A DNA stretch of 64,000 nt from Pseudomonadota bacterium (GTDB lineage Bacteria; Pseudomonadota; Gammaproteobacteria; Burkholderiales; Burkholderiaceae_B), in NCBI GenBank assembly GCA_023423975.1, contig JAFAEO010000027.1, positions 51,888 through 115,887 on the forward strand, in the 5' to 3' direction. The notes beneath the pieces are model-generated. The model saw only the letters and a list, made by a program, of their open reading frames with translations, did not search any database and was not told where the DNA came from. Both the position numbers and the translations under genes were made by a program. Positions within the stretch are counted from its first letter, which is position 1. Each line of letters opens with the position of its first letter. Positions 1 to 9,348 of this stretch are shown here, piece after piece.

Positions 1-827
1 ATCCGATTGTCTTGCTCAATCCCATCGCCAGTCAGCTTGAAGTCATGCGCTCGGGTCTGATCGGTGGCTTGATCGCCAATATTCAGTATAACCAGAAGCG
101 CCAGCAGAGTCGGGTCCGGGTTTTTGAGCTGGGGCGCATCTTTATTCGCGACAGCGCTGTCAGCGACGGCGATCTGACCGTGGCAGGTGTGCGCCAGCCG
201 CTGCATCTGGCTGGCGCGGCATGGGGGCCTGCAGAACCGGAACAGTGGGGTTTGCCCGTGCGCCAGACTGATTTCTTCGACGTCAAAAACGATATTGAGC
301 GGCTGTGCAGTCAGCAGGCACGACACCTGCGTTTCGAGGCGGTGGACCATCCGGCCCTGCATCCGGGACGCAGTGCAAATGTCCTGCTCAACGGACAGTT
401 GATCGGTTTTGTTGGTGAGCTGCATCCGCAATGGGTGCAGGACAATGAACTGGTTCATCCGCCTGTAGTGTTTGAGCTGGATGTTGTCGCGCTGCAGCAC
501 ATGCAGTTCGCGCACTATACCGAAGTGGCACGGCAGCCTGCAGTATTTCGCGATCTGGCCATTTGGGCACCTGTGACGCTGAAATTACAGGACTTGCTTG
601 ACACATTGGAGAATAATCAGCAAGATGGGCAATTCCTTGATATTATTAAGGATATTGCATTATTTGATGTCTGGAAGGATCCCAATTCGGAGCAACAGGA
701 GCGTAGTCTGGCCTTGCGGTTTACATTGCAGGATCCAGCGGCAACCTTGGAAGATACACGTGTAGACCAGTGCATGAATGCAGTGCTTGAATTGCTGGTT
801 CAAAAGCATGGCGTTCGTAAAAGATAG
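1..827 (+). CDS. pheT: Phenylalanine--tRNA ligase beta subunit, 3' part (truncated by window start)
   Basis: LNPIASQLEVMRSGL, RVFELGRIF, DFFDVK, ALHPGRSA, and a C-terminal anticodon-binding domain (FRDLA...SLALRFTLQDPAATLED); directly upstream of ihfA. Confidence 0.97.
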   Translation, partial: PIVLLNPIASQLEVMRSGLIGGLIANIQYNQKRQQSRVRVFELGRIFIRDSAVSDGDLTVAGVRQPLHLAGAAWGPAEPEQWGLPVRQTDFFDVKNDIERLCSQQARHLRFEAVDHPALHPGRSANVLLNGQLIGFVGELHPQWVQDNELVHPPVVFELDVVALQHMQFAHYTEVARQPAVFRDLAIWAPVTLKLQDLLDTLENNQQDGQFLDIIKDIALFDVWKDPNSEQQERSLALRFTLQDPAATLEDTRVDQCMNAVLELLVQKHGVRKR

Positions 828-845
828 AACAGGAAGGGAAAGAGC

Positions 846-1178
846 ATGTTGGAAGAAAACAATACCTTAACCAAGGCAGAATTAGCGGAATTGCTGTTTG
901 AGCGCGTCGGTTTGAATAAACGGGAGGCCAAGGACATCGTGGATACCTTTTTCGAGGAAATCCGGGAGTCGCTTGCCAAGGGCGATTCGGTCAAGCTGTC
1001 CGGTTTTGGCAACTTTCAAGTGCGAGACAAACCCGCCAGGCCGGGTCGCAATCCCAAGACCGGCGAGGTCATCCCAATCTCAGCGCGCCGGGTGGTTACC
1101 TTCCACGCAAGCCAGAAGCTCAAGGGGATCGTAGAGCAGGGTGATGAGTATAATCCTGATCTTACGCTCATCGATTAA
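846..1178 (+). CDS. ihfA: Integration host factor subunit alpha
   Basis: [12 protein letters not shown]...VKLSGFGNF...[10 protein letters not shown]...[13 protein letters not shown]; conserved pheT-ihfA-merR order. Confidence 0.98.
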   Translation: MLEENNTLTKAELAELLFERVGLNKREAKDIVDTFFEEIRESLAKGDSVKLSGFGNFQVRDKPARPGRNPKTGEVIPISARRVVTFHASQKLKGIVEQGDEYNPDLTLID

Positions 1179-1218
1179 AGTAGTTCCTTAAAAGACGGTT
1201 TGGGTTTACAATCTGCGC

Positions 1219-1608
1219 ATGAATCAGACTGAAATACCTTCCATCACTGCGTTGCCTCCGATTCCGGCAAAGCGATACTTCACCATCGGTGAAGTATCCG
1301 AGCTGTGCTGCGTCAAGCCACATGTTCTGCGTTACTGGGAACAGGAGTTTACACAACTGAATCCGGTCAAACGCCGGGGTAATCGCCGTTACTATCAGCA
1401 TCATGAAGTGCTGCTTATTCGCAAAATTCGTGATCTTCTCTATGAACAGGGCTTCACCATCAGTGGCGCGCGCAATCGCCTGAGCGACGGTCGCGATGCC
1501 CAGCACGATCAGGATGCCGCCGTTCGTCTGTCTGCGCAGGATCTGCAATACATCCGCTCAGAACTGAACAGCGTAATGAAAATTTTCGACCAGATGGTTG
1601 CACCCTGA
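1219..1608 (+). CDS. MerR-family transcriptional regulator (ihfA-linked type)
   Basis: PAKRYFTIGEVSELC.VKPHVLRYWEQEF...KRRGNRRYY...LLYEQGFTISGAR. Confidence 0.95.
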   Translation: MNQTEIPSITALPPIPAKRYFTIGEVSELCCVKPHVLRYWEQEFTQLNPVKRRGNRRYYQHHEVLLIRKIRDLLYEQGFTISGARNRLSDGRDAQHDQDAAVRLSAQDLQYIRSELNSVMKIFDQMVAP

Positions 1609-1645
1609 TTCACTGTCTGGGTTGCTAAATCTGCTGTCAGGTTTC

Positions 1646-1715
1646 TTAGATCTTGAGATTAGATTTTGAGTTAAGTTCAGATCTTCAGATGAGGTCTTCA
1701 GATTGGGTCTTGTCG
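1646..1715. repeat. Degenerate 13-bp tandem repeat, about 5 copies
   Basis: TTAGATCTTGAGA (1646), TTAGATTTTGAG (1659), TCAGATCTTCAGA (1677), TGAGGTCTTCAGA (1690), TTGGGTCTTGTCG (1703). Confidence 0.6.
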
Positions 1716-1802
1716 TTAAATCGATTAAGCTTGGCATTTACTATATGCACCCACGCGGATTGCATCGCTACCTGGCACTATAGTGACAAAAAGCACAGGC
1801 AC

Positions 1803-1841
1803 AAAAAAACCGTAATTGACGTTATGTGAATCACGGTTTTT
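1803..1841. terminator. Probable bidirectional intrinsic terminator between convergent merR and lldD
   Basis: AAAAAAACCGT...ACGGTTTTT inverted repeat flanked by A and T tracts. Confidence 0.6.
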
Positions 1842-1878
1842 GCTTTTTGGCAATATGCATGCCATGGGCGCTTGTCGG

Positions 1879-3036
1879 TTACCGCTGCTGGGAAAGCAGA
1901 ATATCCGCAGTCACCTTATTGATATCTGTTTGTCCGCAGAACCCGAGCGTGATATCCAGCTCATTGCGGATAATCTGCAGGATCTTGGTGACGCCTTCTT
2001 CTCCATAGGCACCCAGGCCATACAGAAAGGCACGCCCGATCATGGTGCCTTTGGCGCCCAAAGCAATCGCACGAAGCACATCCTGCCCGGAACGTATGCC
2101 GCTGTCCAGCCAGACTTCGGGGCCGTCGGTACCGACGGCCTGCATAATCGAAGGCAGCATGGAAATGGCAGACGGGGCACCATCAAGCTGGCGGCCGCCG
2201 TGGTTTGATACAACAATAGCGTCGGCACCTGTTTCCTTTGCCAGCCGTGCATCTTCCGGATCCAGGATGCCCTTGAGCACCAGCTTGCCGCCCCAGCGGT
2301 TTTTGATCCACTCGATATCATTCCAGTTCAGGCTGGGATCAAACTGTTCGGCGGTCCAGGACGAAAGCGACGATAAATCATCCACACCCTTGGCGTGTCC
2401 CACAATATTGCCAAAAGTGCGGCGCTGGGTTCGGGACATTTTCCATACCCATTCCGGTTTTAATGCCAGGTTGAGCAGATTCGGGATAGTTGGCTTAGGC
2501 GGGGCAGAAAGCCCGTTCTTGATGTCTTTGTGGCGCTGGCCAAGCACCTGCAAATCCAGTGTAACCACCAGGGCCGAACAGTTTGCTGCCTTGGCGCGAT
2601 CGATCAGGCGTTCGTTGAAATCCCGATCGCGCATGATATATTGCTGGAACCAGAAGGGCGCAGAGGTATGGGCGGCAATGTCTTCAATGGAGCAAATGCT
2701 CATGGTCGACAGGCAAAAGGGCACGCCAAATCTTTCTGCGGCACGGGCAGCAAGAATTTCCCCATCGGGGTGCTGCATACCTGTGGAGCCAGTAGGCGCC
2801 AGCGCGACCGGCATGGTGACATCCTGTCCCAGCATTTTGCTGCGCAGATTGCGGTTTTCAATATTGACCGCAACACGCTGACGAAACTTGATTTTCTGGA
2901 AATCTTCCTGATTGGCGCGATAGGTGGACTCAGTCCATGCACCCGAATCGGCATAGTCGTAAAACATTTTTGGAACTTTACGCCGCGCAATGCGTTGCAG
3001 ATCGTCCAGGCAGGTGATTTTGGTAAGATCAGCCAT
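1879..3036 (-). CDS. lldD: FMN-dependent alpha-hydroxy acid dehydrogenase (L-lactate dehydrogenase, LldD type)
   Basis: FYDYADSGAWTESTYRAN, APTG, LSTMS, KGILD, VVSNHGGRQLDG, DSGIRSGQD, IGRAFLYGL motifs. Confidence 0.9.
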   Translation of the reverse strand: MADLTKITCLDDLQRIARRKVPKMFYDYADSGAWTESTYRANQEDFQKIKFRQRVAVNIENRNLRSKMLGQDVTMPVALAPTGSTGMQHPDGEILAARAAERFGVPFCLSTMSICSIEDIAAHTSAPFWFQQYIMRDRDFNERLIDRAKAANCSALVVTLDLQVLGQRHKDIKNGLSAPPKPTIPNLLNLALKPEWVWKMSRTQRRTFGNIVGHAKGVDDLSSLSSWTAEQFDPSLNWNDIEWIKNRWGGKLVLKGILDPEDARLAKETGADAIVVSNHGGRQLDGAPSAISMLPSIMQAVGTDGPEVWLDSGIRSGQDVLRAIALGAKGTMIGRAFLYGLGAYGEEGVTKILQIIRNELDITLGFCGQTDINKVTADILLSQQR

Positions 3037-3143
3037 TATTTTTTATTTCCAGGAAAACAAACAATAGCGTCAATTATACGGATAAGGGTGAAGAAACCAC
3101 AGTCTCTTCACCCTTAAAATTAAAAAAACGAAAATTGCGGCGC

Positions 3144-3584
3144 TTATTCAGTTGGCCAGCGCAACACTGCCTTCTCGGTCTTGCCTTTGGCAACCGTAAA
3201 TGCGTGCTTGCGGGCTTCGCCTTTGTATGTAGCAGTCAGCTCATATTTGCCATCGGGCAACTTTACATTGAGATAAGGTCCGGTGTTTGCGGCATCAAAT
3301 ACTTTCTTGTTGTCCTTGTCAACAATCTGCACCGCGACATCAGACAGGAAAGCCTGATCCTTGACTGCCGAAAACGTCATATGCAGGTTGTAGTCCTTCT
3401 CGGCGCTTTTCAATTCATTTTGTTCAGCATTGCCGATGCCACCCGTAATATATTGGATCGACTCATAACTTTGCGGCTGTACCTGGGCGAATGCTGCGTT
3501 GGCGCAACCGATCGTCAGGCCCAAAGCCAGGGCAGAGGTAGCCAGAAACGTTTGAATGTGGCGGATGGAAAACTGTGTGTTCAT
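3144..3584 (-). CDS. Exported protein with carboxypeptidase-regulatory-like (beta-sandwich) domain
   Basis: Signal peptide ending AFA; YITGGIG..E, LSDVAVQI, GPYLNVKLPDGKYELTATYKG; RBS AAGGAG upstream. Confidence 0.75.
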   Translation of the reverse strand: MNTQFSIRHIQTFLATSALALGLTIGCANAAFAQVQPQSYESIQYITGGIGNAEQNELKSAEKDYNLHMTFSAVKDQAFLSDVAVQIVDKDNKKVFDAANTGPYLNVKLPDGKYELTATYKGEARKHAFTVAKGKTEKAVLRWPTE

Positions 3585-3729
3585 TCTGATACTCCTTATA
3601 AAGCCACCCAGACGCGTTTACTCTCATATGCGCATAAAAACCTGGATAGCTGAATCAGTGTAAACATAAAAATCGCGAAAATAGCCGTTTTGATGCTGGT
3701 TGAAATATTTTTGGCGCCGCAAAATATCC

Positions 3730-3758
3730 GGAACGCCAGCGGTTCTGACGACATCCAA
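3730..3758 (+). promoter_or_regulatory. Candidate ECF sigma promoter (GGAAC-N17-CATCCAA)
   Basis: GGAAC at 3730-3734 and CATCCAA at 3752-3758, upstream of the operon that encodes the ECF sigma. Confidence 0.55.
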
Positions 3759-3833
3759 TGCTATGAACAGAACTGTTGCGATCAGGCGTGCTGTCAATTC
3801 GTTCTGTCATAACCATACATTAAAGGACGCAAA

Positions 3834-4355
3834 ATGAAATCAACATATATGGGATGGATTCTGTTAGCGGCATTGTCTGGTTGCGCCTCGGCTGCAACGG
3901 ATACTGGCCCCACAGACGCGCAAATTGCTGCCATTGTTGTCACTGCCAATCAGGTTGATGTAGATGCAGGCAAACTGGCTGCTGCTACATCCCGTTCAAA
4001 GGATGTGCGTTCGTTTGCGAATTTGATGGTGACCGACCATAATGCGGTCAATCGTTCGGCCACGGCATTGGTGCAGAAATTGAACGTCAAGCCGCAAACC
4101 AATCAGATCAGCGGGCAATTGCAATCGGCCGGCGACGCTAATCTGGCAAAGCTCAAAACGTTGAAGGGTGCGGCGTTTGACAAGGCTTATGTCGATAACG
4201 AGGTGACCTATCATGAGGCAGTGATCGATGCCCTGGATAAAACCCTGATTCCCAGTGCAGATAATGCCGAGTTGAAAGCGCTGTTGATCAAAGTGCGGCC
4301 TGCTTTTGTCGCGCATTTGACGCACGCACAACATCTTCAGAGTCAGTTGAAATAA
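3834..4355 (+). CDS. DUF4142-family (ferritin-like fold) exported protein, probably a lipoprotein
   Basis: LSGC lipobox; TDAQIAAIVVTANQVDVDAGKLA, FANLMVTDH, FDKAYVDNEVTYH, HLTHAQ. Confidence 0.85.
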   Translation: MKSTYMGWILLAALSGCASAATDTGPTDAQIAAIVVTANQVDVDAGKLAAATSRSKDVRSFANLMVTDHNAVNRSATALVQKLNVKPQTNQISGQLQSAGDANLAKLKTLKGAAFDKAYVDNEVTYHEAVIDALDKTLIPSADNAELKALLIKVRPAFVAHLTHAQHLQSQLK

Positions 4356-4753
4356 TGAACGGCCGACCAGGCATGACCGGTGCCGGTGCGAGCAGCAAGC
4401 CCGGCGCGCGGTTAACTGAATGGGCGACGGCATTGCTGCTAGGGTGCCTGCTGCAGGTGCCGCTGGCCCATAGTGCGAATAAAGAGCTAACAGTGGCGCC
4501 GGCAGTGCATGTCGTGACCATGCAGAATATGCAGTTTGTACCGTCAACGCTGATGGTCCGGCCTGGCGACAAAGTGACGTGGATTAATAAAGATCTCGTA
4601 CCGCACACGGCCAGCGCCACGGGTTCGCAATTTGATTCGGGCAATATCGCGGCTGGCGCATCCTGGACGTATACTGTCAAAAAGACGGGTACGCTCGGCT
4701 ATGTTTGCCGATACCATTCTGGAATGCAGGCGACGCTGAAAGCTTCACGCTGA
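4355..4753 (+). CDS. Cupredoxin / plastocyanin-like blue copper protein, exported
   Basis: FVPSTLMVRPGDKVTWINKD.VPHT and YVCRYHSGM give the His/Cys/His/Met type-1 copper ligands; start overlaps the upstream stop (TAATG). Confidence 0.88.
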   Translation: MNGRPGMTGAGASSKPGARLTEWATALLLGCLLQVPLAHSANKELTVAPAVHVVTMQNMQFVPSTLMVRPGDKVTWINKDLVPHTASATGSQFDSGNIAAGASWTYTVKKTGTLGYVCRYHSGMQATLKASR

Positions 4754-4784
4754 AGGCTCAATAAGAACATGCAGGAGACACAAG

Positions 4785-5495
4785 ATGGCACAGGAAGTAC
4801 TGGCAACCGCTGGTTCTGAGACCCACGAAGACTTTGTATTGGCGCGGCAGATCGCAGGCGGCGATATGGCGGCGCTGGAGCTGTTGATGCGCCGCCACAA
4901 TCGGCGGCTGTACAGGCTGGCACGGGCGACGTTGCACAATGATGAGCAGGCCGAGGAGGCACTGCAGGACACCTATTTTTCTGCGTATCGTGGCATAGCC
5001 CATTTTCGCGGTGATGCATCGCTTTTCACCTGGCTTTCCCGCATGTTGCTGAATGAGTGTTTTGCCCGGCTGCGAAAGACGCAACGACGCGGCAGACTAT
5101 TTTCAGTGGCCGACAATATCGAAACCGAGACGCATGCAATGTTGATCACCGACAGCAATCCGCCTTACCACGAAGCGACGCGCAGGCAGTTGCGCGCACT
5201 GCTGGAAGCGCGATTGGACCAGTTGCCGGAATCATTTCGCACTGTATTTGTCTTGCGTTCGGTCGAGGAAATGTCTGTAGAAGAGACGGCGCTATGCCTT
5301 GGCATTCCGGAGGCGACGGTGCGCAGCCGGCATTATCGTGCCAACGCGATGTTGCGTAAATTGCTGGCGCGTGACCTGGACCTGACTGCGCGTGATATGT
5401 TTGAATTTGACGGCGACAACTGCGACCGCATCGTCGCTTGTGTGCTGCAGCGGGTGCAGCAGGTTCAGGGCAACAAAAAAGGACTTGCAAGATAA
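4785..5495 (+). CDS. ECF RNA polymerase sigma factor with a Cys-containing C-terminal extension (ECF29-like)
   Basis: Region 2 (AEEALQDTY..AY, FRGDASLFTWLSR) and region 4 (LPESFRTVFVLRSVEEMSVEETA..LGIPEATVRSR), with tail FEFDGDNCDRIV; RBS AGGAG. Confidence 0.9.
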   Translation: MAQEVLATAGSETHEDFVLARQIAGGDMAALELLMRRHNRRLYRLARATLHNDEQAEEALQDTYFSAYRGIAHFRGDASLFTWLSRMLLNECFARLRKTQRRGRLFSVADNIETETHAMLITDSNPPYHEATRRQLRALLEARLDQLPESFRTVFVLRSVEEMSVEETALCLGIPEATVRSRHYRANAMLRKLLARDLDLTARDMFEFDGDNCDRIVACVLQRVQQVQGNKKGLAR

Positions 5496-5509
5496 TCTTG
5501 TAAGTCCTT
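5475..5509 (-). terminator. Intrinsic terminator downstream of tRNA-Pro
   Basis: On the minus strand: AAGGACTTACAAGA-TTA-TCTTGCAAGTCCTT-TTTT. Confidence 0.75.
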
Positions 5510-5517
5510 GATTTTGT

Positions 5518-5595
<78 letters not shown>

Positions 5596-5689
5596 CGATA
5601 TTGTCGCTTAGACCGTTTTGAAGCAGATCGCATTCGGCTAACCCTTGGGGAAATGGCAGGTTAGAGATACGATCCCAGCTAAGTCGTGC

Positions 5690-5718
5690 ATAATATCATT
5701 GTGACGTTTTTTTTTCAA
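5690..5718 (-). promoter_or_regulatory. Sigma70 promoter of tRNA-Pro
   Basis: Minus strand TTGAAA-N17-TATTAT with an extended TGn motif, about 95 bp upstream of the tRNA. Confidence 0.7.
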
Positions 5719-5915
5719 TCGTCCGAGGTGGGTTTCATGAAAAACCAGGCCTGAAATTGATGGGTTCGTGCAACACCATAAGCACCCCCAGCTGTTTATT
5801 ATGACGCCATGGTTGCAATATCTTATGACGCGGCCGCCTGCCTTATTGCTTGCACTGTGGCGGCGGGCGCCGGAAATACTACCAGAGCGAGCTGCATTCA
5901 GAACCCGATAAGACG

Positions 5916-6266
5916 CTAAACCGCGGCACCGTCATATTTTTGCAGTACCAAAGCGTCCAGGTCTGCCCGCGGTACGCTGCGCAAATTGACCGCGTAGGTT
6001 TGTGTGCCATCCGGCTGTCGCCCCGTTGAAAACGATTGCACACCACAGTTTTGACAGAACAGGTGCTGGATTTTGTGTTTATTGAACTCATAAGTCTTTA
6101 GCTGATCACTGCCGCTATTTAACTCGAACTGGTCGGCGGCAACGAAGGTCAGTAGCGAACCGGTGCGTCTGCAAATGGAGCAGTTGCAACTAATTGCCTG
6201 GCTGGGTATTTCAGCATTGACCGTAAAAGTGACTGTGCCGCAATGGCAGCTTCCCTGATATGACAT
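5916..6266 (-). CDS. GFA / CENP-V family Zn-binding protein
   Basis: YQGSCHCG, CNCSICRR, FCQNCG, AVNLR motifs. Confidence 0.92.
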   Translation of the reverse strand: MSYQGSCHCGTVTFTVNAEIPSQAISCNCSICRRTGSLLTFVAADQFELNSGSDQLKTYEFNKHKIQHLFCQNCGVQSFSTGRQPDGTQTYAVNLRSVPRADLDALVLQKYDGAAV

Positions 6267-6346
6267 TGATCGCTCCTTGTATATTGCAACCGTTGGCTTT
6301 GGCAGACTGCATGGTTTAGTGCATTCAGCCTGCCTGGCCTGCGGGG

Positions 6347-6763
6347 TCAGGAGCCGATGCGACGCTGCAGTTGTTCATAAGCTCGTTCAGCGGCTCTTTG
6401 TCTGGCCGGCGTCGTCGGGGCCAGATAATACGAAGAGAAACTGGAATGGTATCGTTTTAACACGGGGCGGGTGCGCTTGTCAGCATTGTCATATGCCTGC
6501 TTGTAGTCTCGCTCCCAATTGCGATTGATCACCCGATAGCAGCGCGTTCCTTTCTCGTAGGATTCATGTGTCATGACTTCGCAGCGGCTTACCGAAGCGG
6601 GTGGGTATTTATCGGCGAAGGCTGCTGCCGTTGCTGTTATGCCTTTGTCCGATTCCAGCTCTTGTGCCGTGAACTCAGCATAGGGATCCGTCTGGGTAAA
6701 CGAGCAGGCTGCCAACAACATTAAGGTTGTGATAACGGCTGTTTTTTTCACTAATGAAGTCAT
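6347..6763 (-). CDS. Hypothetical lipoprotein
   Basis: MTSLVKK, hydrophobic stretch and LAAC lipobox; no recognisable domain. Confidence 0.65.
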   Translation of the reverse strand: MTSLVKKTAVITTLMLLAACSFTQTDPYAEFTAQELESDKGITATAAAFADKYPPASVSRCEVMTHESYEKGTRCYRVINRNWERDYKQAYDNADKRTRPVLKRYHSSFSSYYLAPTTPARQRAAERAYEQLQRRIGS

Positions 6764-7187
6764 GTTCGAATTTTCCTGAAGCAAAAAACGTTAGCTAGAG
6801 AGGGGGGAACTCGCCTGCGCAAAAGTATATACAATTTTAGAATTGATACAAAGAGAAATATTAAGAATGATATTTGGCCGCTGTCCGGCGTGTCAGCAAC
6901 CAGGCACAGGCAGTAATCTATGATTGAAATTAAAGCAGAACCTCGAAAAAGAAGTCGCCAAAACGCGTGGAAACAGGGGAAACAGCCAGGCAGTCAGTAG
7001 CAGGGATGGCACAGGAGTATAAGTCAAAGAGTTATCAGAAAAAGCGAACACATAAAAATAGCCACCAATGGATGCCACTGGCGGCTATTGCAGAACTAAC
7101 AAGGCAAATGCAACAACTGCTGCAGCAATCGTGCCTGGCCCCTGGCAACTGAATCCCCCTGTTCTTTGCAGGAAAATACGTTACCTG

Positions 7188-7772
7188 TTATTTGACGATG
7201 GCTTCGATCTGAACCAGTATTTTTACTTCGTCGGGAATACCCATGTCGATGCCCCAGTTCATGCCCCAATCCGAGCGTTTGATCGTGGTCTCGAAATCGC
7301 CGCCGCAGATGTTCTTTTTCAGCACGGGCTGGAAATAGCAGTTGTAATTGGTATTTTGGAGCATAACCGGATGTGTCTGACCCAGCAGGGTCAGGTCGCC
7401 GCCTACCGTGGCCAGTTTGTCATTCTTGTATTCAAACGATTTCCCTGCAAAGGTGATTTCCGGATATTTTTCGGCGTTGAAAAAATCAGCGGATTTCAAA
7501 TGATCATCAAAGTCCTTGGTGCCGGAGTTGACTGATCCGGCTTTTATTTTGATATCGGCGCTTCCCTTGTTTTGCTTGGCATCGGCGGCAATGGTGCCCT
7601 GGACATCATCAAAGCGAATGCGCAGTGTCGATGTTTTAAAATGCATCACCTCCACGGTCACAAATGTGTGGGTCGGTTCTACTTCGTAGTTTGCCGTTTC
7701 AGCATGGGCCGTGCTGACCATACCGCCGAGCAGGGCTGCAGAAAGGGCGGCGTTACGTAATACAGAGATCAT
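7188..7772 (-). CDS. yceI: YceI-family periplasmic lipid/polyisoprenoid-binding protein
   Basis: Signal peptide ending AHA; EPTHT, FDDHLKSADFFNAEKYPEITF, GDLTLLGQT, IKRSDWG, EVKILVQIEA. Confidence 0.9.
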   Translation of the reverse strand: MISVLRNAALSAALLGGMVSTAHAETANYEVEPTHTFVTVEVMHFKTSTLRIRFDDVQGTIAADAKQNKGSADIKIKAGSVNSGTKDFDDHLKSADFFNAEKYPEITFAGKSFEYKNDKLATVGGDLTLLGQTHPVMLQNTNYNCYFQPVLKKNICGGDFETTIKRSDWGMNWGIDMGIPDEVKILVQIEAIVK

Positions 7773-8181
7773 TCAATATACTCCCGAAAAAATAATGGCA
7801 AGGCAACGGTCTGATGCCTGGCTCGCAAATCATTTTGATAATTTATCATGAATCTATTCAGTATTCTGTAAGTAAAGGCGTGTCTACGGCATTCATTATC
7901 CCGGCCCTGATGTAAAACAAAAACATAATTCCTAACCAAGCCCGAAAGGCGGTGCTGAGCACGCAGCCAGCTCGGTGCGCAGCCTTCGATGCAAAGGCAG
8001 AACAAGGCCTGTTTTATGGCACAATGCCTTGTTTGCCCGGTATGGCAGGCCGATTGGCCGTTTGGGCAAGTGTCGGCACACTCGAGTTGTTTTATCGTAT
8101 GTGGGTTACACGAGAACAAACATAACATTTGTTGGGCCGGCGCCAGACAAGCAGCATATGTAATCTAAGGGAATCGAATCA

Positions 8182-9348
8182 ATGAATACCGACCAGACCG
8201 AGAACAGCACTCAGGGGTTGAGCCAGATCCTGCCTGATGGCGAGCAAGCGGCTGTCTGGCATTCAGAAGCCGGCTTCGCTGCGCCCGCCTCTGTGGAGGA
8301 TGCTGACGATACGATGCGGGCCGATCAGGCCCTGAAAAAAATGCGTAATGGCATTGGCTTGCTTTGGCGCGGTGACTTCCAGAATGGCAGGCAACTGCTG
8401 CAAGCCTTGGGGCGGCGGCTGGATCGAAAGACCAAAGCCACAGCCGATCTTGATACCGAGCCAATGGCGGCTCGCTTTCACCGGTACCGGATGCAGCAGG
8501 CGCAGCGGGCACGTTTGCTTGGTCTGTTACTGATCCGCCTCGAATCTGACAATACGATTGCACTGCGCAGGGCACCTGCCTGGGAGGCTGCGCTGTTACA
8601 GGTGTACGGGGCTGCGCATCCGCCCATGCTGGTATCGTTAAGAGAATTGCTGGGTGTCGTCGGTGCGTATGAGTGGCGTCGTAAAGGGGTACCCATCAGC
8701 AACTGTGATTTTCGGATTCATCCGCACTATGGTGTATTTTCACCCTCGCGCGCCGAGTATCTTGCCTTGCTTATGCAAGCGCCTTTGCCGGAAAACTGCC
8801 GCAGTGCATTCGATATCGGCACAGGCACGGGTGTGCTGTCTGTCTTGCTGGCCAAACGAGGCATTGCGCGGATCATTGCTACCGACTCGTCACCGCGGGC
8901 CGTGGGCTGTGCGCAAGATAATGTGCACAGGTTAGGGTTGAATGATCAGGTGGAAGTACGGGAAGCCGAATTTTTCCCTGAGGGCAGGGCCGATCTGCTG
9001 GTGTGCAATCCGCCCTGGTTACCAGGCAAGGTTACATCGTCGCTTGATGCGGCCGTCTATGACCCCAACGAACAGATGCTCAAAGGCTTTTTGCAAAAAG
9101 CCCGCCAACATCTGGCGCCAGGCGGTCAGATCTGGCTGATCATGTCCGACCTGGCTCAATTGCTGGGTTTGCGTGCAGAGCATGCGTTGGTGCAGCTGTT
9201 TAGTGATAATGGGTTGCGCGTGCTTGCCGTTTATGAGGCCAAGCCAACCCACGCCCGTGCCGGTGATCGTTCAGATCCATTGCATGAGGCACGCGCGCAA
9301 GAGACAACATCGCTCTGGTGTCTGGTGCCTATTGACACTGAAAATTGA
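8182..9348 (+). CDS. Class I SAM-dependent methyltransferase (MTS / HemK-like NPPW type)
   Basis: HYGVFSP, DIGTGTG motif I, CNPPW motif IV. Confidence 0.85.
   Translation: MNTDQTENSTQGLSQILPDGEQAAVWHSEAGFAAPASVEDADDTMRADQALKKMRNGIGLLWRGDFQNGRQLLQALGRRLDRKTKATADLDTEPMAARFHRYRMQQAQRARLLGLLLIRLESDNTIALRRAPAWEAALLQVYGAAHPPMLVSLRELLGVVGAYEWRRKGVPISNCDFRIHPHYGVFSPSRAEYLALLMQAPLPENCRSAFDIGTGTGVLSVLLAKRGIARIIATDSSPRAVGCAQDNVHRLGLNDQVEVREAEFFPEGRADLLVCNPPWLPGKVTSSLDAAVYDPNEQMLKGFLQKARQHLAPGGQIWLIMSDLAQLLGLRAEHALVQLFSDNGLRVLAVYEAKPTHARAGDRSDPLHEARAQETTSLWCLVPIDTEN

Noticed and set aside
6850..7187. Short ORFs (6893-7078 minus, 6967-7152 plus) in an A-rich spacer
   Set aside because: No convincing RBS, motif or composition; treated as intergenic.
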